A DNA stretch of 51,459 nt from Phenylobacterium sp. (GTDB taxonomy: Bacteria; Pseudomonadota; Alphaproteobacteria; Caulobacterales; Caulobacteraceae), in NCBI RefSeq assembly GCF_044371015.1, contig NZ_JBILUK010000001.1, positions 1 through 51,459 of the forward strand, written 5' to 3'. Positions within the stretch are counted from its first letter, which is position 1. Each line of letters starts with the position of its first letter. Below are positions 9,330-19,445 of the stretch, in pieces. The position numbers and the translations under genes are program-made. The notes beneath the pieces are model-generated. The model was given only the letters and a program-made list of their open reading frames with translations, did no database searches and was not told the DNA's origin.

Positions 9330-10193
9330 ATGGCCCACGCCCTGCCACCGCCCACTCTGAATGCAGCGCCGTTGGCGCCCGGCCTATATGTGGTCGCCAC
9401 GCCCATCGGAAACCTGCGTGACATCACACTCCGCGCCCTTGATGTTCTGGCCGCAGCCGATCTGGTGCTGGCCGAGGATACGCGGGTCACCGGCAAGCTG
9501 CTGGCCGCCTATGGTTTGAAGGCGAAACTGGAGCGCCATGATGAGCACGCGGCCGAGCGGGCCAGGCCCAAAGCGATGGCGGTTCTGTCCGAGGGCGGGC
9601 GCGTGGCCCTGGTCTCCGACGCCGGAACGCCGCTGATATCCGACCCTGGTTTCCGGCTGGTGCGCGAGGCGGCCGAAGCGGGGCATGCAGTCTATCCGAT
9701 CCCCGGCGCCTCGGCCCTCCTGGCCGGCCTGTCGGCGGCGGGGTTACCTACCGATCGCTTCCTGTTCGCAGGCTTTCCCCCGCCCAAATCCGCCGCCCGA
9801 CGAGCGTTCCTCTCTGAGTTGGCCGGCGTCCGAGCGACTTTGGTGTTCTTCGAGGGCGGGTCGCGACTGGCTGACAGTCTGGCCGACATGGTCGCCGTGC
9901 TGGGCGATCGCGAGGCGGTGGTCGCCCGCGAGATCACCAAACTCTATGAGACCTTCTACCGTGGCCCGCTTGCGACTTTGGCGGCCGACCCAGCGCTGGA
10001 TGCCCCCAAGGGCGAGATCGTGATCCTCCTGGCGCCCGGTCGCGAGGCGGAGGCCACCGCTGCTGACGCCGATACGGCCCTTACGGAAGCGCTGACTCGT
10101 CTTGGCCCCTCCGAGGCGGCCGGAGAGGTGGCGCGGGCGCTGGGCCTCCCCCGTCGCGAACTCTATCGGCGGGCGCTGGAGCTAAAGGGGTGA
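9330..10193 (+). CDS. rsmI: 16S rRNA (cytidine1402-2'-O)-methyltransferase
   Basis: LYVVATPIGNLRDITLRA, AEDTRVT, LVSDAGTPLISDPG, AREITKLYE. Confidence 0.96.
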   Translation: MAHALPPPTLNAAPLAPGLYVVATPIGNLRDITLRALDVLAAADLVLAEDTRVTGKLLAAYGLKAKLERHDEHAAERARPKAMAVLSEGGRVALVSDAGTPLISDPGFRLVREAAEAGHAVYPIPGASALLAGLSAAGLPTDRFLFAGFPPPKSAARRAFLSELAGVRATLVFFEGGSRLADSLADMVAVLGDREAVVAREITKLYETFYRGPLATLAADPALDAPKGEIVILLAPGREAEATAADADTALTEALTRLGPSEAAGEVARALGLPRRELYRRALELKG

Positions 10194-10561
10194 CGGCGCG
10201 CGTCGACCGAGGCGCCGCAGCACGCCGGTCGGGGCGGCGCGCCGAAGCCCTTGCGGTGATCTGGCTGATGGCCAAGGGCTATCGGATACTGGGATTTCGA
10301 CTGCGCACACCTCAGGCAGAGATCGACATCCTGGCGCTGCGCGGCCCCGTCCTGGCGGTGGTCGAAGTTAAGCAGCGAGGGACCCTCGAAGCGGCGCTGG
10401 AGGCGGTCACGCCGGACCAGAGGGATCGCCTGCGCAGGGCGGGCCTAGCGCTGGCCGCCGGCCGGCGCGGGCTTAAGGACTGTACCGTACGCCTGGACTT
10501 GATTGCGTTGGCTCCCCGCCATCCGCCGCGACACGTGCCCAACGCGTGGCCAGACCACTAG
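10190..10561 (+). CDS. yraN: YraN/UPF0102 family protein
   Basis: GRRAEALA, GYRIL, EIDI, VEVKQR, RLDLI; coupled to rsmI. Confidence 0.9.
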   Translation: MTARVDRGAAARRSGRRAEALAVIWLMAKGYRILGFRLRTPQAEIDILALRGPVLAVVEVKQRGTLEAALEAVTPDQRDRLRRAGLALAAGRRGLKDCTVRLDLIALAPRHPPRHVPNAWPDH

Positions 10562-11475
10562 AGCCCCAGCCCCGGGATCGCGTCGGCATTGGCGCGGGCC
10601 AGTTCCTCGGGGGGCAGCTCGATCAGCTTGCGAGTATCGAGGTCAAAGGAGACGGCTATGGCTTCCGCCGAGCCCCAGGGCTGGCCCGTCACCGGATCGA
10701 GCAGCCAATGGACCAGCCGGCGGATGCGCGCGTCTCCGCCCGCCGAACCAGACCGCAGGGCGAACCGATCTCCCGCGCGCGGCCAGGCGTGATGGATCAG
10801 GCGATATTCCACCGCAGCCCCGCCGACCCGGCGGCTTTCTCCGACCTTGCCCAACCGCCGACCGGAAAAGAGATGCGGCACACCTGCCGAGAGCCGCTGC
10901 ATGAATCCTTCAACCCTCATACGTCCAAAGGCGTCGCAACCATGGGCGGCGACCACGCCCGTTCCGGTGGCCGTCAATCCTAGCGCTTCCGCCCGCGCCA
11001 GACTGGCCTGGGTCGTGACCGGGGCCAATCCGATCGAACGCGGCCCGGCGTTGGCGGGCGCCTCGCAGGCGAGCGCTTCGGCCCGAAGGCGAATTCGATC
11101 CGGCCAGGGAAATGCCTGCCCCTCGCGCGCGGTGGCGTGCGCGGCCACGGTCTGGAAACTTGCCGCGATCTGGCCATCCGCATGGCGCAGCACAAGGCCA
11201 AAGCGGGCCTCGGTTTCATCAAGCGACAACACGCCGCCGGTCATGCTCAGCGGCGCGCCGGCCCGGGCCTCGCGCAGGAAGCGGATGTGCTGTTCCCGAA
11301 CCAGCAGCGTGGCCTCGGCGCCTGGCGCGAAGGCGTGGGGCATCCCCAGCTCCGCTGCCAGCCCTGCCAGGCCCTCCATCGACCTGGCGACATAGAAGCC
11401 GACATTGAGATGGCCCATCTCGTCGCATTCCCAGGCCTCTACAGACCCGCGCCAGACCTCGACCTCCGCCACCAC
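10558..11475 (-). CDS. Tandem hot-dog-fold acyl-CoA thioesterase
   Basis: WECDEMGHLN and a second CDAFGRM repeat; GTG start chosen after a GAGGGAG Shine-Dalgarno. Confidence 0.82.
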   Translation of the reverse strand: MVAEVEVWRGSVEAWECDEMGHLNVGFYVARSMEGLAGLAAELGMPHAFAPGAEATLLVREQHIRFLREARAGAPLSMTGGVLSLDETEARFGLVLRHADGQIAASFQTVAAHATAREGQAFPWPDRIRLRAEALACEAPANAGPRSIGLAPVTTQASLARAEALGLTATGTGVVAAHGCDAFGRMRVEGFMQRLSAGVPHLFSGRRLGKVGESRRVGGAAVEYRLIHHAWPRAGDRFALRSGSAGGDARIRRLVHWLLDPVTGQPWGSAEAIAVSFDLDTRKLIELPPEELARANADAIPGLGL

Positions 11476-11578
11476 GGTCTCCCTCGTTCGCACGGCGCAG
11501 TTTAGCGGCGCTCTGCCCAACAGCGCCACTGTACGCGGCCGGATTGAGACTCACGACAAAGCGGGGCAGGGTGCGGCC

Positions 11579-12289
11579 ATGGCGCGCGAGATCGTACTTG
11601 ATACGGAAACCACCGGCTTCGACCCCAAGACCGGCGACCGTTTGGTGGAAGTGGCGGCTCTTGAGATCGACCAGTTCTTGCCGACCGGTCGCAGCTTCCA
11701 CGTCTACATTGACCCTTGCCGCGACATGCCCGCCGACGCGGAGCGGGTCCACGGACTTTCCGCGGCTTTTCTTCGAGGTAAGCCTCGCTTTGAGGCGCCC
11801 GAGGTCGTCGACGCCTTTCTCGAGTTCGTGGGCGAGTCACCGATCATTGCCCATAATGCCGGCTTCGACCGAGGGTTCCTGAACTGGGAGTTGGCCAATT
11901 GCGGTCGACCGGAACTGCCGGAGCGTCGTTGGATCGACACCCTGGCGCTGGCCAAGCAGCGCTTTCCCGGAATGCACAACTCGTTGGACGCGCTCTGTAA
12001 GCGTTTCCGCATCTCGCTCAGCGAGCGCGAAAAACATGGCGCCCTGATCGACGCCAAGCTGCTGGCGGCGGTGTATCTGGAACTCAAGGGCGGCCGCGAG
12101 CGCCGCCTTGATCTCGCGACCGGCGCCCGGGGCGAGAGTCGAAAGCCCGAACTGGCGCCCCGGAGCGCTTATGGCCCCCGCGCCCGCCCCTTGGACTCAC
12201 GCGCCAGCGAGGCGGAGCGCGCCGCCCACGCGGTCTTCATCCGCGATAAAGTAAAGGACGCTTCTCTATGGGCGCCGTTTGGGATCTAG
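11579..12289 (+). CDS. dnaQ: DNA polymerase III epsilon subunit
   Basis: REIVLDTETTG, IAHNAGFD, SLDALC, HGALIDA (DEDDh); ATG start at 11579. Confidence 0.96.
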   Translation: MAREIVLDTETTGFDPKTGDRLVEVAALEIDQFLPTGRSFHVYIDPCRDMPADAERVHGLSAAFLRGKPRFEAPEVVDAFLEFVGESPIIAHNAGFDRGFLNWELANCGRPELPERRWIDTLALAKQRFPGMHNSLDALCKRFRISLSEREKHGALIDAKLLAAVYLELKGGRERRLDLATGARGESRKPELAPRSAYGPRARPLDSRASEAERAAHAVFIRDKVKDASLWAPFGI

Positions 12290-12295
12290 CGGCGA

Positions 12296-12787
12296 TCAGG
12301 CGTGGCCGACCGTCGGGTCCTGCTGGGCCTTGCGGGCGGCATAGACCCCCGCGAAGTCAATCGGATCGAGCAGGAACGGCGGGAAGCCGCCTTCTGACGT
12401 CACCTCAGCGATGATCCGACGGGCGAAGGGGAACAAGTAGCGCGGGCATTCGATCAGCAGCACCGGCTCCATCTCCTCAGCCGGGACGCCGCTGATCTGG
12501 AAGACGCCGCCATAGAGGAGCTCGACGATGAACAGCGGCCCCTCAGGACGGTTGGCCTGGGCGGAGAGCTTCAGGTCCACCTCAAACAGGCCATCCTCGC
12601 GGCCCCGGGCGTTCATTTCCACATTGAGGTCGATCTGCGGCTGGTCCGGGCTGGCGCGCAAAGCGTCCGGCGCGCGCGGGTTCTCGAATGAAAGATCGCG
12701 GATGAACTGGGCCAGGATGCGGATGCCGGGCTCGGCGTTTAGGGCGCCGTTGGACGGCGCGTTGGCTCCGGCGTCGGTGTCGGTCAT
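12296..12787 (-). CDS. secB: Protein-export chaperone SecB
   Basis: [41 protein letters not shown]. Confidence 0.96.
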   Translation of the reverse strand: MTDTDAGANAPSNGALNAEPGIRILAQFIRDLSFENPRAPDALRASPDQPQIDLNVEMNARGREDGLFEVDLKLSAQANRPEGPLFIVELLYGGVFQISGVPAEEMEPVLLIECPRYLFPFARRIIAEVTSEGGFPPFLLDPIDFAGVYAARKAQQDPTVGHA

Positions 12788-12952
12788 GAGGATGAAGATC
12801 TCTTTCGGACGGCGCGAACGGCGCCGGGTCGGCCGTGCGGCTATCACACGCGACACCGACCGCGCAACGCCGCCCCTGACGTTGGCGCAAGGGCAGACTA
12901 TATGTGAGACGTCGAACAGGCTAACGAGGCAGGCGGAAATCGAGGCGCACCC

Positions 12953-13567
12953 TTGCAGGTTTTGGAACTGATCATCTTTGCGGGCCTCGCGGTCATCGTG
13001 CTGTACCAGCTCTATTCGGTGCTGGGTCGGCGCGTGGGTCGTCAGCCAGGCGACCGTCCTGCGACTGAGACCGCAGCGATTGGACCGCGCCCTGCGGAGC
13101 GGCCGCCGGAGCCGGCGGACGACGGGGTGGAACTCACCGGCCTGGCTGCGATTCGCGCGCGCGACCCGGGCTTTGACGTCGGCCGCTTCCTAGGCGGCGC
13201 CCGAAGCGCCTACCAGATGATCGTCACGGCTTTCGCCGAGGGCGATCGCAAGACGTTGGGCAACCTGCTCGCGCCGGCGGTGCTGGCCAGCTTCGAACAG
13301 GTCATCGACAGCCGTGAAGCCGAAGGGCGGAGCGAAACCGTCGAGTTCACTCACCCGCCGCGCGCGGATCTGGAAACCGCCGAGATGTCCGGCGAGATAG
13401 CCCGGGTGACCGTCCGGTTCCTCGCCGAGTTCCGCACCCGCTCCAAGGGTCCCGAGGGTGAAGCTGTGGACGATCGCCGGACCGCCGAGCTTTGGACGTT
13501 CGAGCGATCGCTCGCCAGCAAAGACCCGAACTGGACGCTCGCCCACGTGGACGCCGCCGAAGCGTGA
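12953..13567 (+). CDS. timA: Tim44/TimA family membrane adaptor protein
   Basis: N-terminal transmembrane segment then [34 protein letters not shown]; secB-timA-mltA-smr gene order. Confidence 0.9.
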   Translation: MQVLELIIFAGLAVIVLYQLYSVLGRRVGRQPGDRPATETAAIGPRPAERPPEPADDGVELTGLAAIRARDPGFDVGRFLGGARSAYQMIVTAFAEGDRKTLGNLLAPAVLASFEQVIDSREAEGRSETVEFTHPPRADLETAEMSGEIARVTVRFLAEFRTRSKGPEGEAVDDRRTAELWTFERSLASKDPNWTLAHVDAAEA

Positions 13568-14688
13568 GACCCGCCTGGAGGCCGCTGATCGCTGCACTTT
13601 CGGCGTCGACGTTGGCGGCCTGCGCCACGCCCGCTCGCGAGACGCCAGGCCCTTCGAGACTTCCAACCGCGCCGGACCCGATCCGGAGCATGGAGGCCGC
13701 GCCGGCGCCGGCCGTGTCCAGCCGGATCGAACTCTCCGAACTCCCGGGCTGGGCGAACGAAAATCACGACATCGCATTTGAGGCCTGGCGCGCCGTCTGT
13801 TCGGCCATCCGGGATCCGGTGGCGGCTGATCTCTGCTTCCGCGCGCGCTCGGTCGGCGAGATCATGCCAGGCGACGGCCGTATCTTTCTGGAACGCGAAT
13901 TCCAGGCGGAGCGAGTCGGCGCCGAGGGCGTGCTGACAGGTTACTTCGCGCCGGTCTATGCCGCCCGCCGGGCGCAAGATTCGGAGTTCAGCACACCGGT
14001 TCGACCGCGCCCATCAGATCTAACGCTGGCCCCTGATGGTCGCGCCAGTCGATCTAGCGATGGAGCCCCCTATCCAGACCGCGCCCGCATCGAAGCCTTA
14101 CAGGAGTCCGCGCCGTTGGCCTGGATGCGGCCGGAGGAGCACTTCTTTCTGCAGATTCAAGGTTCTGGGGTCCTGGTCTTTGAGGACGGTCAGCGCATTA
14201 AGGCGCTCTACGCCGCCCATAATGGCCTGCCCTTCGTCGGGATCGCCAACCCGATGCGGGAGCGGGGCCTGCTGGCGCGCGACAACACTTCGGGCGACTC
14301 CATCCGCGCCTGGCTGGCGGCCAATCGAGGACCCGTCGCCGACGAATTGATGCGGCTCAACCCCCGCTTCGTGTTCTTCCGCCTGGCGCCCGATGATGGC
14401 CGACCTCCCGCCGGCGCAGCCGGGGCGCCGCTTCCGGCCGGCCGCGCCATCGCCATAGATCCGGCCTTCCACCGCTATGGCGATCTCTTGTGGCTGGATG
14501 GGGAGGCGCCAATGCTGGCTGGGGCCTTTCCACGCTATCGGCGGCTGGTGACCGCGCTCGACACCGGCGGCGCGATCAAAGGCGAGGTGCGCGCTGATCT
14601 CTATATTGGGCAGGGCGATGTGGCCGGCGTTGAAGCCGGGCGCATCCGCCACACGCTGATGATGTGGCGCCTGGTTCCCCGGCCATGA
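13564..14688 (+). CDS. mltA: MltA-family lytic murein transglycosylase (lipoprotein)
   Basis: Lipobox LAAC, TGYFAP, FFLQIQGSG, NPRFVFF, DTGGAIKG; GTG start overlaps the timA stop. Confidence 0.92.
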   Translation: MRPAWRPLIAALSASTLAACATPARETPGPSRLPTAPDPIRSMEAAPAPAVSSRIELSELPGWANENHDIAFEAWRAVCSAIRDPVAADLCFRARSVGEIMPGDGRIFLEREFQAERVGAEGVLTGYFAPVYAARRAQDSEFSTPVRPRPSDLTLAPDGRASRSSDGAPYPDRARIEALQESAPLAWMRPEEHFFLQIQGSGVLVFEDGQRIKALYAAHNGLPFVGIANPMRERGLLARDNTSGDSIRAWLAANRGPVADELMRLNPRFVFFRLAPDDGRPPAGAAGAPLPAGRAIAIDPAFHRYGDLLWLDGEAPMLAGAFPRYRRLVTALDTGGAIKGEVRADLYIGQGDVAGVEAGRIRHTLMMWRLVPRP

Positions 14689-15191
14689 AGCGCACGCTCC
14701 GCCCCGACGAACTCCGGATATGGGGCCAAGTGGCAGCCACGGTTCACCCAATGGCGGGTCGCGCTGCGCCACTCCCAAGCGCACCGGCCACCGGCCTCGA
14801 CGCGCCACTCCGCGTCGCACCCCGACGCTTGAGCTCGGGTCAGGCCCGCCCGCGTGAGGGCCTTGATCCCATAGAGCCCAATCGACATCACCGGATCAGC
14901 CGCGAGCGCGAAGAGATCGGTGCGCGCCTGGATCTGCACGGTCTGACCCAGGATCGGGCCCGGACCGACCTTGAAGCGTTTCTCGGGCGCGCTTGGACCG
15001 AAGGCTGGCGGGCCGTCCTGGTGATCACCGGCAAGGGGGTTCAGGGTGACGGGGTGTTGCGCCGCCGCACCCCAGAATGGCTGGGCGCGCCGCATCTGGC
15101 CCACATTGTCGCCGGCGTGTCGCCGGCCCACCGCCGACACGGCGGCGAGGGCGCGCTCTATGTGGCGTTGAAGCGCAAACCGAAAGGCTGA
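14685..15191 (+). CDS. Smr/MutS2-domain protein
   Basis: LDLHGLTQ, VLVITGKG, HGGEGALYV. Confidence 0.92.
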   Translation: MKRTLRPDELRIWGQVAATVHPMAGRAAPLPSAPATGLDAPLRVAPRRLSSGQARPREGLDPIEPNRHHRISREREEIGARLDLHGLTQDRARTDLEAFLGRAWTEGWRAVLVITGKGVQGDGVLRRRTPEWLGAPHLAHIVAGVSPAHRRHGGEGALYVALKRKPKG

Positions 15192-15515
15192 CTACTTTAG
15201 CCGCGCAGCCTTCTCGGCGAGACCCGATGCGCCTTCTCGAGCTTCCAGGCGTGCGGCCACCTCGTCGAGACTGACGCCTGTGGCGGCGATCAGAACCAGC
15301 CAGTGATAGATGAGGTCTGCGCTCTCGGCGGTCAGGGCGTCCCGATCGCCCTGGGCGGCGGCGATCACCGTCTCGACCGCCTCCTCGCCCAACTTCTTGG
15401 CCGCATAGTCGATGTCTGCGAGCAGACGGGCAGTGTACGAGGTTGACGCATCTCCACCCCGCCGGCTTTCGATCACGGCGGCGAGCCGGGCGACAACGTC
15501 GGTGAAGCGGCTCAT
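15192..15515 (-). CDS. hisE: Phosphoribosyl-ATP pyrophosphatase
   Basis: [24 protein letters not shown]. Confidence 0.96.
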   Translation of the reverse strand: MSRFTDVVARLAAVIESRRGGDASTSYTARLLADIDYAAKKLGEEAVETVIAAAQGDRDALTAESADLIYHWLVLIAATGVSLDEVAARLEAREGASGLAEKAARLK

Positions 15516-16309
15516 GCGGCAAGACTTTCTGTGAGGCGAACGGGAATCCCAGCCGCAGCCATCGCCGCCTTGGCCTCGCCGATGCCGACTTCGCCGAAGT
15601 GGAAGATGGAGGCCGCCAGAACCGCAGATGCGCCGGCCTGCACGCCTTCCACCAGATGGCGCGCATTGCCGGCCCCGCCCGAGGCGATCACCGGCACGCT
15701 GACCGCCGATGTAACGGCGCGCAGGAGGTCCAGGTCATAGCCGGTCTTGGCGCCGTCGCGGTCCATGGAGGTCAACAGGATCTCGCCGGCGCCGCATGAC
15801 ACCGCCTCGACTGCATAGGCGACCACATCAAGCCCGGTCGGCCGCCGACCGCCATGGGTGAAGACTTCCCAGCCGTCTATGCGGCCAACAGGACCGGTGG
15901 AGGAAGAGCGGTGTTTGGCGTCAATCGCCACGACCGTCGCCTGGGCGCCGAAGGCGTCGGCGCAGGCGCTGATCAGATTGCGATTTTCGACCGCTGCAGT
16001 GTTGATGCTGATCTTGTCCGCTCCGGCGCGGAGCAGGCGCCGGGCATCATCCACCGCGCGGACGCCGCCGCCGACCGAAAGCGGCATGAAGCAGACCTCG
16101 GCGGTTCGCGCGACCACGTCCAGGATGGTTCCCCGGTTCTCGTGACTCGCGGTGATGTCGAGGAACATCAGTTCATCCGCGCCAGCCGCGTCGTAAGCTC
16201 GGGCTTGTTCGACCGGATCGCCCGCGTCGCGCAACGCGAGGAACTGCACGCCCTTCACCACTCGACCGTCCTTGACGTCCAGACAGGGGATCAGGCGCGT
16301 CTTCAGCAT
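15512..16309 (-). CDS. hisF: Imidazole glycerol phosphate synthase cyclase subunit
   Basis: [40 protein letters not shown]. Confidence 0.98.
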   Translation of the reverse strand: MLKTRLIPCLDVKDGRVVKGVQFLALRDAGDPVEQARAYDAAGADELMFLDITASHENRGTILDVVARTAEVCFMPLSVGGGVRAVDDARRLLRAGADKISINTAAVENRNLISACADAFGAQATVVAIDAKHRSSSTGPVGRIDGWEVFTHGGRRPTGLDVVAYAVEAVSCGAGEILLTSMDRDGAKTGYDLDLLRAVTSAVSVPVIASGGAGNARHLVEGVQAGASAVLAASIFHFGEVGIGEAKAAMAAAGIPVRLTESLAA

Positions 16310-17031
16310 CAGGCCGCGAGCCTCAGGGCTTCGGCCGGATCGATGGCGCCGTTGTAGAGCGCCCGGCCCAGAACGGCGCCGGCGACTGGCGCCCCGACCC
16401 GCGCCTTCAATCGTGCGATGTCGTCTACGCTGGCCAAGCCGCCGGCCGCGATCACTGGAATACTCACGGCGTCGGCCATGGCGCCGAAAACCTCGACATT
16501 GAAGCCTTCCAACGTGCCGTCACGATCGATGTCGGTGACGATCAGGGCGCCCACACCGGCATCCTCGAACCGCCTGGCCACGGTCACGGCGTCGAGTTCG
16601 GTGTCGGCGGTCCAGCCGTTGACCGCTACCCGGCCCTTACGGACATCCACGCTCACCGCGATCTGCTCGGGATAGGCGAGGGCAGCGGCGATCACCACAT
16701 CTGGATCTTTGACCGCCACGGTGCCCAGGATCACCCGGCTGACGCCCGCTTCGATCCAGCGTTCCACGTCCTTGAGGGTGCGAATGCCGCCGCCGAGTTG
16801 AACCGGGACGGATACGGCCCCAAGGATCGCTTCCACCGCCCCGGCGTTGACCGCCTGGCCGGCGACAGCGCCGTTGAGGTCGACCACGTGGATCCAGTGG
16901 AAGCCGGCCTTCACCCAGGCCCGGGCCTGGTCCGCCGGCGAATCGTTGAACACCGTGGCGGTGGCGAGGTCGCCATGCACGACACGCACGCACTGGCCGT
17001 CCTTCAGGTCAATGGCCGGATAGAGGATCAA
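16309..17031 (-). CDS. hisA: ProFAR isomerase
   Basis: [28 protein letters not shown]; a TTG start overlapping the hisH stop is preferred, with GTG at 17040 as the alternative. Confidence 0.96.
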   Translation of the reverse strand: MILYPAIDLKDGQCVRVVHGDLATATVFNDSPADQARAWVKAGFHWIHVVDLNGAVAGQAVNAGAVEAILGAVSVPVQLGGGIRTLKDVERWIEAGVSRVILGTVAVKDPDVVIAAALAYPEQIAVSVDVRKGRVAVNGWTADTELDAVTVARRFEDAGVGALIVTDIDRDGTLEGFNVEVFGAMADAVSIPVIAAGGLASVDDIARLKARVGAPVAGAVLGRALYNGAIDPAEALRLAA

Positions 17032-17663
17032 GGTCGCCACTCCAGGAAGTCAGCCAATAGCCGCAAGCCAGGGCCTTGCGACTTTTCAGGGTGAAACTGG
17101 ACGCCCACGAGGTTGTCGCGCGCCACCGCCGCCGGAAACCGTCCGCCGTGATCCACATAGGCTGCGACGTCCGTCTCGTCTTTTGGAAACATTGCGAACG
17201 AGTGCGTGAAATAGACCGCCGCCTCGCCGTCAAGGCCCGCCAGAACCGGATGGCTCCTGGTGAGTTCAGGCGCGTTCCAGCCCATGTGTGGCACCTTCAG
17301 TGCGGGATCATCCGGCGCAATCTTGCGAACATCACCATCGATCCAGCCGAGTCCCTCGGTGACGCCGAATTCATGGCCCCGGGCCGCCAGCAACTGCATG
17401 CCGACGCAGATGCCTAGGAACGGCGCTCCCCGTCCCCGAACAGCCTCTGTCATCGCCTCTATCACGCCCGTACGTTCCGTCAGCCCCGTCATGCAGGCGG
17501 CGAACGCACCTACGCCTGGCAGGACCACGGCGTCGGCGCGTGCAACCGCTTCCGGATCGTGCGTCACCAGGATCTCGGCCGCACCTGAGGCCGCACGCAC
17601 CAGCGCTTTTTCGGCCGAGCGCAGATTGCCCGACCCATAGTCGATCAGGGCCACTCGTCGCAT
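17028..17663 (-). CDS. hisH: Imidazole glycerol phosphate synthase amidotransferase subunit
   Basis: IDYGSGNLRS, LPGVGAF, LGICVGMQ, VPHMGWN, QFHPEKS. Confidence 0.97.
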   Translation of the reverse strand: MRRVALIDYGSGNLRSAEKALVRAASGAAEILVTHDPEAVARADAVVLPGVGAFAACMTGLTERTGVIEAMTEAVRGRGAPFLGICVGMQLLAARGHEFGVTEGLGWIDGDVRKIAPDDPALKVPHMGWNAPELTRSHPVLAGLDGEAAVYFTHSFAMFPKDETDVAAYVDHGGRFPAAVARDNLVGVQFHPEKSQGPGLRLLADFLEWRP

Positions 17664-17674
17664 CGTTGGGATAC

Positions 17675-17792
17675 CTAGAATCTTTCCCGTTCCGGCAGAG
17701 TCATCTGAGCGCGGTAAAAAGTGCTCGAAATCAATAATTTAGAGCGCATCATCATCCGATAATCCGTTCTCACCCTTCGGAAGACGCCCTAG
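17675..17792. repeat. CIR/RIME-like intergenic mosaic element (118 bp)
   Basis: Bounded by CTAG at both ends, central AAATCAATAATTTAGAGC core, two GANTC sites, AT-rich against its flanks; the right CTAG overlaps the hisB stop. Confidence 0.7.
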
Positions 17793-18379
17793 AGCACGCC
17801 CTTGGTGGAGGGGGCGGTTCCGCCGGTCTTGGGGTCCACCTCCACCGCTTGGCGCAACGCCCGCGCCAGCGCCTTGAAGCCACTCTCGGCGATGTGGTGC
17901 GAATTGGTTCCGTAAAGGCATTCCAGATGCACGCAGGCGCCGGCGTTCATGGCGAAGGCGTGGTGGAATTCCTTGAAAAGCTCGGTGTCCATCTCGCCGA
18001 CCTTGGGCGTGCGGAACTCCACCTTCCAGATCAGATAGGACCGGTTGGACAGGTCTATAGCGCAGCGCGACAGAGTCTCGTCCATGGGGATATAGGCGTG
18101 GCCGAACCGGCGCACGCCTTTGAACCCGTCCAGGGCCTTGGCCACTGCCTGGCCCAGCACAATGCCCACATCCTCGACTGTGTGGTGCATATCGATGTGT
18201 AGGTCGCCCTGGGCCGCGACCTCAAGATCGATGCCGCCATGGCGGGCGAAGCTTTCCAGCATGTGGTCAAAGAAGCCGATGCCGGTGGCGATCTTCGAGA
18301 TACCGGTCCCGTCCAGGTCGATGGCGACGCGGATCTTGGTCTCCTTGGTGTCGCGGGCGATTTCGGCGCGGCGGTTCAT
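17789..18379 (-). CDS. hisB: Imidazoleglycerol-phosphate dehydratase
   Basis: [36 protein letters not shown]. Confidence 0.98.
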   Translation of the reverse strand: MNRRAEIARDTKETKIRVAIDLDGTGISKIATGIGFFDHMLESFARHGGIDLEVAAQGDLHIDMHHTVEDVGIVLGQAVAKALDGFKGVRRFGHAYIPMDETLSRCAIDLSNRSYLIWKVEFRTPKVGEMDTELFKEFHHAFAMNAGACVHLECLYGTNSHHIAESGFKALARALRQAVEVDPKTGGTAPSTKGVL

Positions 18380-18380
18380 C

Positions 18381-19370
18381 TCAATACCCTCGGGCGGCCA
18401 GCAGGTCCTTCAGCGGAACCTGCGGACGCGGACCATAGTGCGAGATCACTTCTGCCGCCGCGATGGCGCCGAACCGGCCGCAATCCTGCAGCGGCCGGCC
18501 GCGCGCGAGGCCGAACATGAACCCGGCGGCGTATTGGTCGCCTGCGCCCGTGGTGTCCACGACTTTCTCGACCCGTTCGGCCGCGACCGAGAGTCGCTGG
18601 CCTTGGTCCAGGATCACCGAACCTTTCTCGCCGCGGGTGATGGCGGCCAGCTTCACATGCGGGCGCAGCGCCTCGACGGCGGCGTCGAAGTCCGTAGTTT
18701 CGAACAGCGAGGTCACTTCATCTTCATTGGCGAACAGCAGATCCACCTGGCCCTCGATGAAGCCCTTCAGCGCACCCCGATGGCGCTCAACCACGAAGCC
18801 GTCAGACAGGGTCAGTGCGATCATCCGACCGGCGCCGTGCGCAAAGGCGGCCGCCTTTGCGAAGGCCCGCCGCGCCGCATCGGCGTCAAACAGATAGCCC
18901 TCCAGATAGACGATTTTCGCAGCCTCGACCGTCGCCTGCTCGACGTCGTTGTCGGTGAACTGCACCGATGCGCCCAGATAGGTGCACATGGTGCGCTGGC
19001 CGTCGGGCGTGACGTTGATCATCGACACCGCCGTGGCGGGGCCTCCGCTGAGCAGGGCGTTCTCGAAGCGCGCGCCGATCCTGGCCATGTCAGTGGTAAA
19101 CGCGCGACCCAGCGCGTCGTCGGCCACCTTGCCCATGAAAGCCGCACGCCCACCCAGGCTGGCGACGCCGGCGATCGTGTTGGCCGCAGAGCCGCCAGAG
19201 GTTTCCACGCCCTTGGCCATTTTGGCGTAGAGCGACGCACTCTGCTCGGCGTCGACCAGCATCATTGCGCCCTTAGTCAGGGCGTTATCGGCGAGAAAAT
19301 CGTCCGTCGCCGGAGCAATCACGTCGACGATAGCGTTGCCGATGGCGGCGACGTCGTAGAGGTCGGGCAT
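18381..19370 (-). CDS. PfkB-family adenosine/carbohydrate kinase
   Basis: [39 protein letters not shown]. Confidence 0.92.
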   Translation of the reverse strand: MPDLYDVAAIGNAIVDVIAPATDDFLADNALTKGAMMLVDAEQSASLYAKMAKGVETSGGSAANTIAGVASLGGRAAFMGKVADDALGRAFTTDMARIGARFENALLSGGPATAVSMINVTPDGQRTMCTYLGASVQFTDNDVEQATVEAAKIVYLEGYLFDADAARRAFAKAAAFAHGAGRMIALTLSDGFVVERHRGALKGFIEGQVDLLFANEDEVTSLFETTDFDAAVEALRPHVKLAAITRGEKGSVILDQGQRLSVAAERVEKVVDTTGAGDQYAAGFMFGLARGRPLQDCGRFGAIAAAEVISHYGPRPQVPLKDLLAARGY

Positions 19371-19445
19371 GGGTAAGCTTTCGAGGCGATCCGGGCGGCC
19401 CGTTTAGCGTTGTCTGGTCGCCGGGGCTACCATCCAGGCCCCAGG

